64,000 nt of DNA from Patescibacteria group bacterium (lineage in GTDB: Bacteria; Patescibacteriota; Microgenomatia; UBA8517). Shown piece after piece: positions 39,754 to 49,730 of the stretch. The DNA lies in assembly GCA_026416845.1 (NCBI GenBank), contig JAOAEL010000004.1, positions 11,271 to 75,270 on the forward strand, read 5' to 3'. The position numbers were made by a program, and so were the translations under genes. Numbering within the stretch: the first letter of the stretch is position 1; each line of letters begins with the position of its first letter. The notes under the pieces are model-generated. The model did not search any database and was not told the DNA's origin. It saw nothing but the letters and a program-made list of their open reading frames with translations.

Positions 39754-40215
39754 ATGAAAACTTTTTTGACAAAGGGACTTACTTTGATAGAGCTTTTGTT
39801 GGTTGTGGCAATAATAGGTATTTTATCATCTACCTTGATAGTTGCTGTAAATCCCGCAAGACAGCTTGCCAAAGCAAGAGACGCTCAACGCGAAGCGGAT
39901 CTTATTGCAATACTTAGCGCGATTTATCAGTATGCTTCTGAACATAGTGGTGATTTGCCTGACACAGATGGCAATCCTAATGCAAGCAATTTCCCAACAA
40001 CATTAAGATGCATAGGGACAAATGCAACATGTTTTGACTTGGCGCGTGCTGGCGATGGCGAAGATACAATTGTTCCTGACTATATGGCAGAAATACCTGT
40101 TGATCCTCAAACAGGTTCTACTGCAAACACTGGATATTTAATAATGGTAGACGTAAATGGCCGTTTAATTGCATCTGCCAGTGGAGAGACAAAAACTATT
40201 AGAATCACAAGGTAG
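39754..40215 (+). CDS. type IV major pilin
   Basis: KG|LTLIELLLVVAIIGIL, NPARQLAKARDAQR, IPVDP. Confidence 0.9.
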   Translation: MKTFLTKGLTLIELLLVVAIIGILSSTLIVAVNPARQLAKARDAQREADLIAILSAIYQYASEHSGDLPDTDGNPNASNFPTTLRCIGTNATCFDLARAGDGEDTIVPDYMAEIPVDPQTGSTANTGYLIMVDVNGRLIASASGETKTIRITR

Positions 40216-40745
40216 AATTTTTTTGTTTTACCTTTTTGAATTTGATTGCAAAGATTGGATAAAGTTTTTTGACCTCAAGATAACTAAAGTTTGTTTTTAT
40301 ACCTACGACATCTTTTGTTTAATTTATATGTATATGGTAACTAAGGTTTTTAGTTATGAACCTATACTTTATTATTGAAATTATTGAAAAATTTTTTGTA
40401 ATGTCTTATCCAAAAGCTTTAAATTTATATTATATATTATTATATTATTTCTCTTGTATTTATTTTAAATAATAAATGTTTTGCTATTTTTAAGTAAGAG
40501 TTTGCGATTATAGAATTTAGAATTATAGTATTTTGATTTAACAAGCTTAATTTGCCTTTTTATAAAAAAAAGGTATAATACACTTTTGAAAAAACTCTCC
40601 CGTTTGATTTAATTATTTTTTTTCCTGCCAAAGTTTGCTTTTTTAATATTTGTTTGTATTTTTTTGGTTAGTTTTAGTATCTTTTTTAATTTAAGCTTGA
40701 TTTTTCTCCCGTAATTTTAGTTTAGTTTTTTTAAATCTAAAATAC

Positions 40746-42722
40746 ATGGCTAAATTAGAAAGAAGTTTTTATATCGGTGAACAACCAAAAATTTTGGCTT
40801 TAGTGGAAGGTAGTATGGCTGATCTTTTAAAGGCACAGCTAAATGATTATCAAATTGATTCTTATAATAGACAAATTTTAGATTCTTTAATTTCTGGTAT
40901 ATCAACCGATGCTATATTACCTTCTAAAGCTGGTAAATTTCGTGACCCAAAAGATTTGGCCAATTATGCTTTGTCTGGTTTGCCTGGAATTAGCGAGGGT
41001 GTTGTGAATGGGAAATTTAAAGTTCTTGTAGTTGGTGGTGGTTTTGGTTGCGGTTCAGCAAGAGAACATGCTCCAAGGGCACTAAAAGGAGCAGGTATAG
41101 AATTGATAATTGTGGTTGGAGGCAAAGCTGAGAAAATTTTTAAGGAGAATTGCTTGTATTGTGGTGGACCAAAAATATTGGAATTGCCTAATGATATTGA
41201 TAAGTTGCAGTCTGTTATTGGCAAATTGAATTGTGAAGGTGAGTTTGTTTGGGCATGTGATGACATAAGTGATATCGAATTGGAAATTGTTAATGCTGGA
41301 GGTTTGCTTGAATATACAAAAAGAAGATTGGAAGGTCGGTCTAATGTTCCTTTCATATTTCATCCTTCAGTTAGTTCTAGGCATCCTATGACCGCAGTTG
41401 AAAAATTATTACACAAAAAGTTTAAAAATATTCATCCGCTTACGTCTTATGTTATGCCAGGAGATGTTGGGATTGTAGATTTAGATTTACGTTTTTCTTA
41501 TGAATTTATGACAGAAATGATTATTGAAATGCTTGTAAATACTTTTGGTAGTGATGTTAAAAATATGATCAAAGACCCTGATTCTATATTACTTTTTGAA
41601 GATCATTTGGTTTGGTTGCCGGAAAAATTTCGATCATTAATTCAATCTCAAAGAAAAATTTCTAATGATTTTAATTTGAAACTTTTTGCTCAATCTGATA
41701 ATTTGCCTGGGGCTTTAGGAATTTGCCATACACTTATTGTGGAAAATGCAATGGTTTTGCCTGGTCAAACTGTTATTGGGACTGATTCGCATACTTGTAG
41801 CGCCGGTGTTTTAGGTGCATTTGCATTTGGATCTGGCGCAACTGCGGTTGCATCTTCTTTTGTTTCTAAAGAGGCAATAGTTAGAGTTCCAGAAACCGTA
41901 AAGGTTGAATTTTCAGGGAATCTTAAACCAGGTGTTTTTGCTAAGGATGTTATGCTTTTTTTATTAAGTCAACCTTTAATAAAAAATGGAGGTGCTATTG
42001 ATAAGATTTTGGAATTTGTAGGCACAGGAATTCAAGATTGGAGTGTTGATGAGCTGTTTGTTTTAACGAATATGTCAATAGAGTGTGGGGCTCTTGGAAT
42101 AATACCTCAACCGGTGGAAAGTGTTGTTTCGCATTTGCAAAATGTTACTCGTATGAGTCGAAATGAAATAATGAATATGTATATGCCTAGTGATCCAGAT
42201 GCTAATTATGCTAATGTTTTGCATATAAATTTATCTGAATTGCAACCTATGGTAGCAACTCCAGGACATCCAACAAATGGAACTCTTTTGTCAAATTTGT
42301 TAGGGACAAAAATTACTCGAGCTTTTGTAGGTTCGTGTACTGGTGGCAAAATAACAGATTTACGGGAAGTGGCCAAAGTTCTAAAAGGTCGTAAAGTTTC
42401 TGTTCCTTTAGTTGTTCAGGTTTCTTCTATGAAGGTATATGAGTTAGCTATTCAAGAAGGTATAGTTGATATTATCGAAAGTGCTGGTTGTAAGTTGTTG
42501 TTACCCGGTTGTGGAGCATGTATTGGAATGGGTCCCGGCAGAGTGGAAGATAAATTTGATGTAATTATTTCAAGTACAAATAGAAATTTTCCTGGGAGAA
42601 TGGGTAGAGCCAGTATAAACGGCCAAGAAGTAGATGGTGGAGATATTTATTTGTCAAACCCAAGTGTTGTTGCAGCTAGTGCTATCAAAGGTTATATATG
42701 TTCAGTTAATGAATTAGACTAG
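40746..42722 (+). CDS. aconitase-family dehydratase, small (LeuD-like) subunit fused N-terminal to large (LeuC-like) subunit
   Basis: N-terminal ISTDAILP and FGCGSAREHA; then EDH, GICH, GTDSHT, Fe-S ligands GSCTGG and PGCGAC, STNRNFPGRMG. Confidence 0.88.
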   Translation: MAKLERSFYIGEQPKILALVEGSMADLLKAQLNDYQIDSYNRQILDSLISGISTDAILPSKAGKFRDPKDLANYALSGLPGISEGVVNGKFKVLVVGGGFGCGSAREHAPRALKGAGIELIIVVGGKAEKIFKENCLYCGGPKILELPNDIDKLQSVIGKLNCEGEFVWACDDISDIELEIVNAGGLLEYTKRRLEGRSNVPFIFHPSVSSRHPMTAVEKLLHKKFKNIHPLTSYVMPGDVGIVDLDLRFSYEFMTEMIIEMLVNTFGSDVKNMIKDPDSILLFEDHLVWLPEKFRSLIQSQRKISNDFNLKLFAQSDNLPGALGICHTLIVENAMVLPGQTVIGTDSHTCSAGVLGAFAFGSGATAVASSFVSKEAIVRVPETVKVEFSGNLKPGVFAKDVMLFLLSQPLIKNGGAIDKILEFVGTGIQDWSVDELFVLTNMSIECGALGIIPQPVESVVSHLQNVTRMSRNEIMNMYMPSDPDANYANVLHINLSELQPMVATPGHPTNGTLLSNLLGTKITRAFVGSCTGGKITDLREVAKVLKGRKVSVPLVVQVSSMKVYELAIQEGIVDIIESAGCKLLLPGCGACIGMGPGRVEDKFDVIISSTNRNFPGRMGRASINGQEVDGGDIYLSNPSVVAASAIKGYICSVNELD

Positions 42723-43051
42723 TATTTATGCCAAGGAAGTTTTGCGTTTGGGTTGCTAAATAATTGTGCGTTTGCAAATGATATGAAAATACCACCGACA
42801 AAAAAAGATAAAAGCGACCAACCGGAAAGAAATTTTGAACATTCTGCTTGCTGGTCAGTTTCGACTAATACTAAAGAAATTCCTATATTCAAAAAAGCCC
42901 ATGCCAAGTTTAAATATGGCGATGAAACCCTTTTAAAAGGTGTCATATGTGATTGCCCAATTACTCCTTTAATAAGATGGGGTAAGCTATTAAATAAAAA
43001 CAAGCCTGCAAAAAAAGCTTTTACAATTTCTAAAACTAGAGATTGTATCAT
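42719..43051 (-). CDS. small membrane protein
   Basis: Three hydrophobic segments; FNSLPHLIKGV.G...TPF...SS..NL.W pattern. Confidence 0.6.
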   Translation of the reverse strand: MIQSLVLEIVKAFFAGLFLFNSLPHLIKGVIGQSHMTPFKRVSSPYLNLAWAFLNIGISLVLVETDQQAECSKFLSGWSLLSFFVGGIFISFANAQLFSNPNAKLPWHKY

Positions 43052-43098
43052 TTTTTTTAAGATTTTACTTATGTACAGTTTGTATCTTTATGATTTAA

Positions 43099-43896
43099 AT
43101 GTCAATGGTCATCTGTATGCCTGAAAGATTTAAAATAAATAGACCAAATAGATCTTTACCGGGTGTTTATTTTGGTAATGAATGGTTATTGCAAGAGTCA
43201 GAAATTGATCTTGCTATTGTATCTGGGTTAGTTGTTGCTTTGAGGATTGCAGATCAACCTCCATATGGTATTTTATTTAGAGTTGATGATTATAGTTTAG
43301 TTTCCAAAGTATGGACTTTAAAAGGTAGAATTGATAAAAATGGTGTAATAGATCCAAAATATAAACCTGTGACTGCACTTAGTAATTATCAACTAGATAT
43401 GCATATTGATTGGAATCGTTTAGATAATATGAAATTTTCCAGAGGTCAAATTGATGAATTGTTAGATTTGGGTTTTCATACAATTTTACCTTTAAAATAT
43501 ACTTCTAATATTCCAAATCATTTAAGGAGCATTGGTTCTAATGGAGAAAATATTTCGACTATGAGATTTAAAAAAGGTGGGGAAATGCATGCATTGGTTG
43601 AGAAAATTGCAAATTTAGATGCAAACGCTATAGTTGGTGGGACATCTCTTAATAAAACTGGCCAAACTGTTTATATGGATTCTGCTCAAGTGCTGTCTGA
43701 TTTTGGTGGTATTGGTAGTGTGATTGATTTGTTTGTTGTTTCTGAACTTAACAACGAAGTTAGATTGGATTTTGGTGCTTTTCACCCTATGATAGAAGTT
43801 TGTTTTAGTGGGATAAAAGTTATTCGTAAAGGTATAAATTTTGAATCTTTGATAAGTTATTGTAGAGTTAATAATCTTAAAGTTTATGAAAGCTGA
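43099..43896 (+). CDS. divergent YrdC/Sua5 (TsaC-like) domain protein
   Basis: YGI, LKGR (KxR), KP, GTSLNKTG (SxN) and VIRKG match the YrdC motif order. Confidence 0.55.
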   Translation: MSMVICMPERFKINRPNRSLPGVYFGNEWLLQESEIDLAIVSGLVVALRIADQPPYGILFRVDDYSLVSKVWTLKGRIDKNGVIDPKYKPVTALSNYQLDMHIDWNRLDNMKFSRGQIDELLDLGFHTILPLKYTSNIPNHLRSIGSNGENISTMRFKKGGEMHALVEKIANLDANAIVGGTSLNKTGQTVYMDSAQVLSDFGGIGSVIDLFVVSELNNEVRLDFGAFHPMIEVCFSGIKVIRKGINFESLISYCRVNNLKVYES

Positions 43897-45109
43897 AAGA
43901 TTTATTTGTGTTAGAGACGAAACTTTAAGAGATGGTTCTCAGCAACCTGGAATAAATCTTAATAGTGATCAAAGGAGAAAATTGGCTTTAATTTCTGCAT
44001 TATTGTTGAAAACTCCAACTGATGAATTTAGAAATCAAATTGATTTAGGCATGCCAGAAACGAGTAATCCTATGCTTGAAACTATTCTTCAAATATCTCG
44101 AGAAATTTTGTGTATTAGTAATGTTGATATTTTTGTAACTGGAAGATCTACTCGTAAGGCAATTGATACTATGTGTGAATCTTTGCGTGAAGTTCCAGAA
44201 GAAAAGAGAATTATTGCTCCGTTTATAGGTATTTCTGAAGAGCATAGAACAAAATTGGGTTTAAGTAAAGTTGAAATTTTAGAAAAAATCGAGCGAGAAA
44301 TAAGTTACGCGATTAATTGTACTTGTAGGGTTCATTTCCCATTAGAGGGTGGTTATGACGCTTGTTTGCAAGATCTTCCTTATTTTTTGGAAGTAATTAG
44401 ATCATTGCAAGAAATTGGTGTTGAAGCAATTGTATTGTGCGATACTGTAGGTAAAGCTCTTCCATTTGGTTTAAAAAGCAAGCTGTCTTACGGAGATGTT
44501 GTTAGTGTAATCAAACAGAATTTTCCAAGTATTAAGGTTTCGGTTCATTGTCATGATGATTTTGGATTGGCTATTGCTAACACATTAGAAGGGGTGATTA
44601 AAGGTGCTGATATTGTTGATGGAACTTTTTTTGGAATTGGTGAAAGAGCGGGCAATGCTTCTCTTCAAACTTTACTTACGCTTTTAGTAACTAGAAAAGA
44701 TTTGTTAGATATTTTGATTTTTGCAGATCTGAATAATTTGTACCAAATTTCTATGCAAGTCCAAGAAATTTTAGGGATAAAAGTTGCAGATAATATTCCA
44801 GTCGTTGGGCGCAATTCTTTTTCTCATTCATCTGGTATACATCAAGATGGAATTTTGAAAGATCCAAAAGTATATCAACCATATGAACCTCGGTTTGTTG
44901 GGCGGGAAGGTCATAATTTAGTACTTGGTTATTTATCTGGTAAAAGAGGGATAGAGTTTATATTGAAAAATAATTATGGATTATCTTTATCTGAGGAGCA
45001 GTTAGAAATTGTAACCTCACGGTTTAAAGAATCTTTTAATATGCCCGGCACTCCAGAAGAAAAATTGTTGAAAATTGTTCATGATGTTTTGGTTTCTGAA
45101 CAAAAGTAG
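43886..45109 (+). CDS. DRE-TIM acetyl-CoA condensing enzyme (LeuA/homocitrate synthase family), no regulatory domain
   Basis: DETLRDGSQ, LCDTVG, HCHDDFGLAIAN, GIGERAGN, HSSGIHQDG, LSGK. Confidence 0.9.
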   Translation: MKAERFICVRDETLRDGSQQPGINLNSDQRRKLALISALLLKTPTDEFRNQIDLGMPETSNPMLETILQISREILCISNVDIFVTGRSTRKAIDTMCESLREVPEEKRIIAPFIGISEEHRTKLGLSKVEILEKIEREISYAINCTCRVHFPLEGGYDACLQDLPYFLEVIRSLQEIGVEAIVLCDTVGKALPFGLKSKLSYGDVVSVIKQNFPSIKVSVHCHDDFGLAIANTLEGVIKGADIVDGTFFGIGERAGNASLQTLLTLLVTRKDLLDILIFADLNNLYQISMQVQEILGIKVADNIPVVGRNSFSHSSGIHQDGILKDPKVYQPYEPRFVGREGHNLVLGYLSGKRGIEFILKNNYGLSLSEEQLEIVTSRFKESFNMPGTPEEKLLKIVHDVLVSEQK

Positions 45110-45170
45110 TTTTTTGTATTTGTTTTTAGATTTTTATTCAAGTAATTAGTTTTTTGCCGTTGTTTCTTTG

Positions 45171-46511
45171 ATGATTAAAGTTTTTGATGCTGATACTAAA
45201 TTAAGCAAATCTGAGCTTGCAAATTCTGCTGAAGTAGCAATATCTGCTTTGTGGAAAATAGATAAAATAATATTGACTACTACTGATATAAATTTTTTAG
45301 TAGATAAAGTTGTAAATGTGATTCTTCAAGAGCTAGGCTACATTGAATTAGGCTACGAGATAATTGTACTTTCGCTTTTTAATCGAAAGACTAAAAAACT
45401 TGAGAGAGTTTCTATATCACAAACCGCAACTGCTCAAAAAGCATTGTTAAGTTCGCCTATACCTTTTGAAAAAATCACTTTTAGTATTCGAGATGTTGAA
45501 AATTTATCAATTATGGCTTTAAGAAATCGTAAAGCTTACATAACTAACGATCTTTCTGATATGCTTTATCCTGTTGTTAAAAGAGAGATTGTAAGAAATG
45601 TGCAAAAAAAACTTGGTATTTTATCTAGCATTGTATTCCCAATATATAGTAGAGATCTTCCTTTGGGTACAATTATTTTTAGTTTAAGTAAATTGGAGTC
45701 AGAGATATTAGAATTTGAGAAACAAATCTTATTAGGTTTTGTAAATGCTGTAGGAATAGCGATAGATCATGCATTTCTTTTCAAAAAATTAAGAAATGCG
45801 AATCTTAAGTTAAAATTATTGGATAAACAAAAAGATGAGTTTTTGAACATGGCGGCGCATGAACTACGCGCTCCTATGACTGCTATAAAAGGTTATATTT
45901 CCATGATTATTCAGGGAGATGCTGGTAAGATACCAGAAAAGGCAAGAAGGTACTTAGCAGATGCCAGTGCAGTAACAGATCGTTTGGTAAGACTTGTGAA
46001 TAACATGCTTAATGTATCGAGGATAGAGGAAGGCAGGCTTATTTATCAAATAGAAAAGGAAAATTTATCTGTTTTGGTGCAATCAGTTTTTAATCAGTTT
46101 AGACCTGAGGCAGAAAGAAAAGGACTTGATTATCTGCTTGATATCCCTCGTGATATAAAGGATAAGGTTGAGGTAGATCCAGATAGAATTCAGGAGGTAA
46201 TAGGTAATCTTGTAAGCAATGCCATTAAATACACTGAAAAAGGTTTTGTTAAACTTTCTTTATCTCAATCTGAACCCGCAAGAATTCGTTTTGAAGTTTC
46301 TGACTCAGGACCCGGTATATCTGAAGAAGAATTGAAAAAGCTTTTTGGCAAGTTTTATCGAGCTGAAAGTTCTGTAGGTAAAACTACAGGCACAGGACTT
46401 GGACTTTACATATCCAAGCTTTTGGTGGAAAAGTTTAGTGGAAAGATTGGAGTTAATTCTAAATTAGGAGAAGGCAGTGTTTTCTGGTTTGAACTGCCTG
46501 TTGTGAATTAG
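45171..46511 (+). CDS. GAF-domain sensor histidine kinase
   Basis: H box AAHELRAPM, N box NLVSNAIKYT, G1 DSGPGI, G2 GTGLGL; soluble GAF-like N-terminus. Confidence 0.92.
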   Translation: MIKVFDADTKLSKSELANSAEVAISALWKIDKIILTTTDINFLVDKVVNVILQELGYIELGYEIIVLSLFNRKTKKLERVSISQTATAQKALLSSPIPFEKITFSIRDVENLSIMALRNRKAYITNDLSDMLYPVVKREIVRNVQKKLGILSSIVFPIYSRDLPLGTIIFSLSKLESEILEFEKQILLGFVNAVGIAIDHAFLFKKLRNANLKLKLLDKQKDEFLNMAAHELRAPMTAIKGYISMIIQGDAGKIPEKARRYLADASAVTDRLVRLVNNMLNVSRIEEGRLIYQIEKENLSVLVQSVFNQFRPEAERKGLDYLLDIPRDIKDKVEVDPDRIQEVIGNLVSNAIKYTEKGFVKLSLSQSEPARIRFEVSDSGPGISEEELKKLFGKFYRAESSVGKTTGTGLGLYISKLLVEKFSGKIGVNSKLGEGSVFWFELPVVN

Positions 46512-47141
46512 TTAGCCTTTTGCTTTTGATACTGCAAAAATTATACCAACTAGAATTACAAGTACAATTGCGGCAACTATGCTTGCTCTTTGCATTGCGC
46601 TAAACAGCTTTTCTTTTGGATTTGATTTTTCTTTAGTAACTTGTTCTTGATTTTGCGCAGAATATGTTTCGGTATTGGTTAAATTTAGATTAACATTTGT
46701 TGGTGTTACGCTTTCTTTAATATTAGGTTCCAGAAATGATATTGGCTCTATGTCTCCTTTCATGACCATTTTCCCAGTAGGATATTTTGCTTTCGGATCA
46801 TTTTCTATGGTTACAAATAAATTTTTGAATGGTATTTTTGTTTTTACCGATATTCTTCCTAATCCTAATTCAGCTAATTTGATTGGTGGGCTTTCGTTTG
46901 TTGGTGTTGCCCACAAAATATAATACAAGATGCTGTTATCTGCTGGATACTTAAGATTTCTACAAGTAACTGAAACTAAATAATTTGAATCTTGCATTAA
47001 AATGGATGTGGAATAACACCTGTAACTGTCTGTAGTTAAGCTTCTCATTTGTATAATTCCTTCTGAAGCATAGATGCTTTTTGTTGTTATGGTCCAAAAT
47101 AGAAAAAAAATTAGAATTGAAATTGCAAAATTTTTAAACAT
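46512..47141 (-). CDS. surface protein with signal peptide and C-terminal TM anchor
   Basis: Signal peptide ending IYA-S; C-terminal hydrophobic helix. Confidence 0.65.
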   Translation of the reverse strand: MFKNFAISILIFFLFWTITTKSIYASEGIIQMRSLTTDSYRCYSTSILMQDSNYLVSVTCRNLKYPADNSILYYILWATPTNESPPIKLAELGLGRISVKTKIPFKNLFVTIENDPKAKYPTGKMVMKGDIEPISFLEPNIKESVTPTNVNLNLTNTETYSAQNQEQVTKEKSNPKEKLFSAMQRASIVAAIVLVILVGIIFAVSKAKG

Positions 47142-47220
47142 GATAATCTTATTTTATTCTTAATTGTTTGATGCTTCAATAAACATATTGTTTATTCTTT
47201 GAAAATTTTATATAAATTAC

Positions 47221-47640
47221 ATGTTGGCTTTTATGGTGTCTGTAAATCAAAATCATAAAAAACCTGTCATACTTATCGTTGAAGACGATCCTGTCTTGCA
47301 AAAAATGTATACAGAAAAGTTTATTTTTGAAGGGTTTTTTGTTCTTAATGCTCGAGATGGTATTGAAGCTTTAGAAATTAGCGCAAAAAACAATTTAGAT
47401 GTTATACTTTTAGATATCATGTTGCCGAGAATGTCTGGTACGGATTTTTTAATAAAATATAGAAAAGATTATAAATACAAAAACACCCCAGTATTGGTTC
47501 TTACAAATTTAGATGACAACGAGGAAAAACAAAAATTGTTTAGTTTGGGTGTAAAATACTATTTGATTAAGGCAATGTATACTCCGGATCAGGTAGTAAA
47601 AATTATAAAAGAAATATTAAACTCACAAACTCGTTGTTAG
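47221..47640 (+). CDS. single-domain response regulator
   Basis: ILIVEDD, LLDIMLP..SG, VLTNL, YLIK. Confidence 0.9.
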   Translation: MLAFMVSVNQNHKKPVILIVEDDPVLQKMYTEKFIFEGFFVLNARDGIEALEISAKNNLDVILLDIMLPRMSGTDFLIKYRKDYKYKNTPVLVLTNLDDNEEKQKLFSLGVKYYLIKAMYTPDQVVKIIKEILNSQTRC

Positions 47641-49281
47641 ATTTGGATCTATTGGTTTATAAAGAAAATCAATATACTCTTTTAACATTCTAGTTGTTGA
47701 AAAATTTTTTGCGACATTAATTGATTTTCTCATTTTTTTAATCCATTCGTTGGGTATTCCACTTGTGTCTCTTTGATAATAGATTGGTGCTATTTTGTTT
47801 TCTAAAACGTCATAGAAGCTTTCAGCAATGTTTTTTTGGTCTAGAATCCAACCGAAATCTTCCCAATTTACCTCATGTGTCCAACCATCAAGAACAGTGC
47901 ATTGCAATACTCCGTTTGCAATAGCTTTCATTCCGGAAGTTCCACATGCTTCAAGGTTCCCTTGTGGTGTATTTAACCAGACATCAGAGCCAGATACTAA
48001 ATGATTTGCAAGAGATATATTGTAATTTGGTATAAAAATTGCATGTCCGTGCAATTCAGTTGAAAAAAGTTTTATTATTGACTCTATAATTGATTTTGCT
48101 TTATTGTCTCCGGTGTGTGAATTGCCGGCAAAAAGCAATTGAATTGGCATTAAAGGGTTTTTTAAAATTGATTTTATTTTTTCTAAGTTGGTAAATATGA
48201 TTTCTGGTTGTTTATAATCGGCTAGTCTTCTAGCCCAAACAATTACTAATCTTTCTGGATCATAACCAATTCCAGTTCTTTTAACTACTGTTCTTTCAAG
48301 TTCTCTTTTTTTTATCATATGCAAGTCCCATATTTGACGGTCAGTTAAATTAGATTTTCTAAAATCACTATCTTGCCATCGATTCATTTGTACACCATTT
48401 GTAATTGCTATCCAGTTGTATTCTGGCCATTTATTTTTACAGTATTCTCCGTGAATCTTACTCACAGCCGATTGTATTTTAGAAACATTGAGTGCATATT
48501 TAGTTATGCTAAATGTTTCATTGTCAATTAATCCTTCTTTTATCAAAAAATAGGTGTTTACTCCCATTGCTCTAGCAAAATGGGCTGCCCAATTTTCAAT
48601 TTCAGATACATGGTATGTCAAATTCGCTGCTGGAACTAACGTATGATTTGTGTAAACAATCTTTTCTTTAATTGTTTCCAAAGCTTCAGGGTAAGACATA
48701 TTTTGATTTTTCATTAAGTCAGATATTAATTCCCATACTATAAAGCATGGCCTACCTTCATTTATGTGATAGACTGATGGTTTAATGCCTAGTGATTTGA
48801 TTAATTTTATTCCTCCAATTCCTAACAAAATTTGTTGTCTAATTTGAGAATTTGTATCGCCTCCATAAAGTGTGTCCATGTCGGATATCCATTCTGGGGG
48901 ATTAGTATCAACATCAGAGGATAGAAAATAAAGAATTACTTTTTGCGAAAGTCTGATTTTATAAGCCTTTGCTAATACTTTGTAGTTTCCTAGTTCAATT
49001 TGGATTACAATAGGTTTTCCATCAATCATGGCAGGTCTTAAAAAAGATGAATCGTGATCGAAATCTGAATCTCGTGTTTCCATTTTTCCATCGCTGGTTA
49101 TATGTTGGATGTATTCTTTGCCCTTATAAAGTATTCCGATACCTATCATTGGAAACTCTTGGTTTGCAGCTTCATTTAAAATATCTGCTGCCAGTATTCC
49201 TAAACCTCCAGAATAAGTTGGCAGATTATTGTCTATTCCAAATTCAGCTGAAAAATATACAACTGGATTTTGATTTTCCAT
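47623..49281 (-). CDS. glgP: alpha-glucan (glycogen) phosphorylase
   Basis: YFSAEFG, YSGGLGILA, HINEG, ITNGV, ARR...YK, PLP motif EACGTSGMKA. Confidence 0.92.
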   Translation of the reverse strand: MENQNPVVYFSAEFGIDNNLPTYSGGLGILAADILNEAANQEFPMIGIGILYKGKEYIQHITSDGKMETRDSDFDHDSSFLRPAMIDGKPIVIQIELGNYKVLAKAYKIRLSQKVILYFLSSDVDTNPPEWISDMDTLYGGDTNSQIRQQILLGIGGIKLIKSLGIKPSVYHINEGRPCFIVWELISDLMKNQNMSYPEALETIKEKIVYTNHTLVPAANLTYHVSEIENWAAHFARAMGVNTYFLIKEGLIDNETFSITKYALNVSKIQSAVSKIHGEYCKNKWPEYNWIAITNGVQMNRWQDSDFRKSNLTDRQIWDLHMIKKRELERTVVKRTGIGYDPERLVIVWARRLADYKQPEIIFTNLEKIKSILKNPLMPIQLLFAGNSHTGDNKAKSIIESIIKLFSTELHGHAIFIPNYNISLANHLVSGSDVWLNTPQGNLEACGTSGMKAIANGVLQCTVLDGWTHEVNWEDFGWILDQKNIAESFYDVLENKIAPIYYQRDTSGIPNEWIKKMRKSINVAKNFSTTRMLKEYIDFLYKPIDPNLTTSL

Positions 49282-49434
49282 AATTTTTAAAAGTTGGCGA
49301 TAAAATTTTATAGTCAACTTATGTTTACAAATTTTCTAATCATTTTCTACTGTTTCTTTAGGTGATGTTGCAAAATTTATAATAAAAGCACATAATCATA
49401 TAAATTAATAAATTAAAAAACCAGTTAAAGCATT

Positions 49435-49695
49435 ATGAATTTTTCTCTTGAAACAATGCAAAATGCTTCTTATCAGTTTTTAAAGATTGGAGCTATTGCA
49501 GGTTTTATTGCTGCGGCTACGTTAATTATAAATATAAACTATAAAGGTTTTAACTACTTGTTCAAAGACAAAGCCACAAAATATTGGTGGGTTTTTGTTA
49601 TCGCTTGTGTCATTCCTTTTTTGGTCATTTTATACATGTTTACAATTATATTTGGAAAGTTCTCTTCAAGCGTACAAGCAAGTTTGGCTATTTAG
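49435..49695 (+). CDS. small two-TM hypothetical protein
   Basis: ATG start; two hydrophobic helices. Confidence 0.5.
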   Translation: MNFSLETMQNASYQFLKIGAIAGFIAAATLIININYKGFNYLFKDKATKYWWVFVIACVIPFLVILYMFTIIFGKFSSSVQASLAI

Positions 49696-49730
49696 AGTAA
49701 ATCCTCTTTTAGTGTACTCTTTAATTTAGA

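Noticed and set aside
40169-40378. 69-aa ORF overlapping the pilin end
   Set aside because: TTG start inside the pilin gene and low-complexity AT-rich sequence with no motif.
40380-40560. Possible replication origin in the AT-rich spacer
   Set aside because: Only one imperfect DnaA-box-like TTATCCAAA was seen, no dnaA/dnaN nearby, and no evident change in strand bias.
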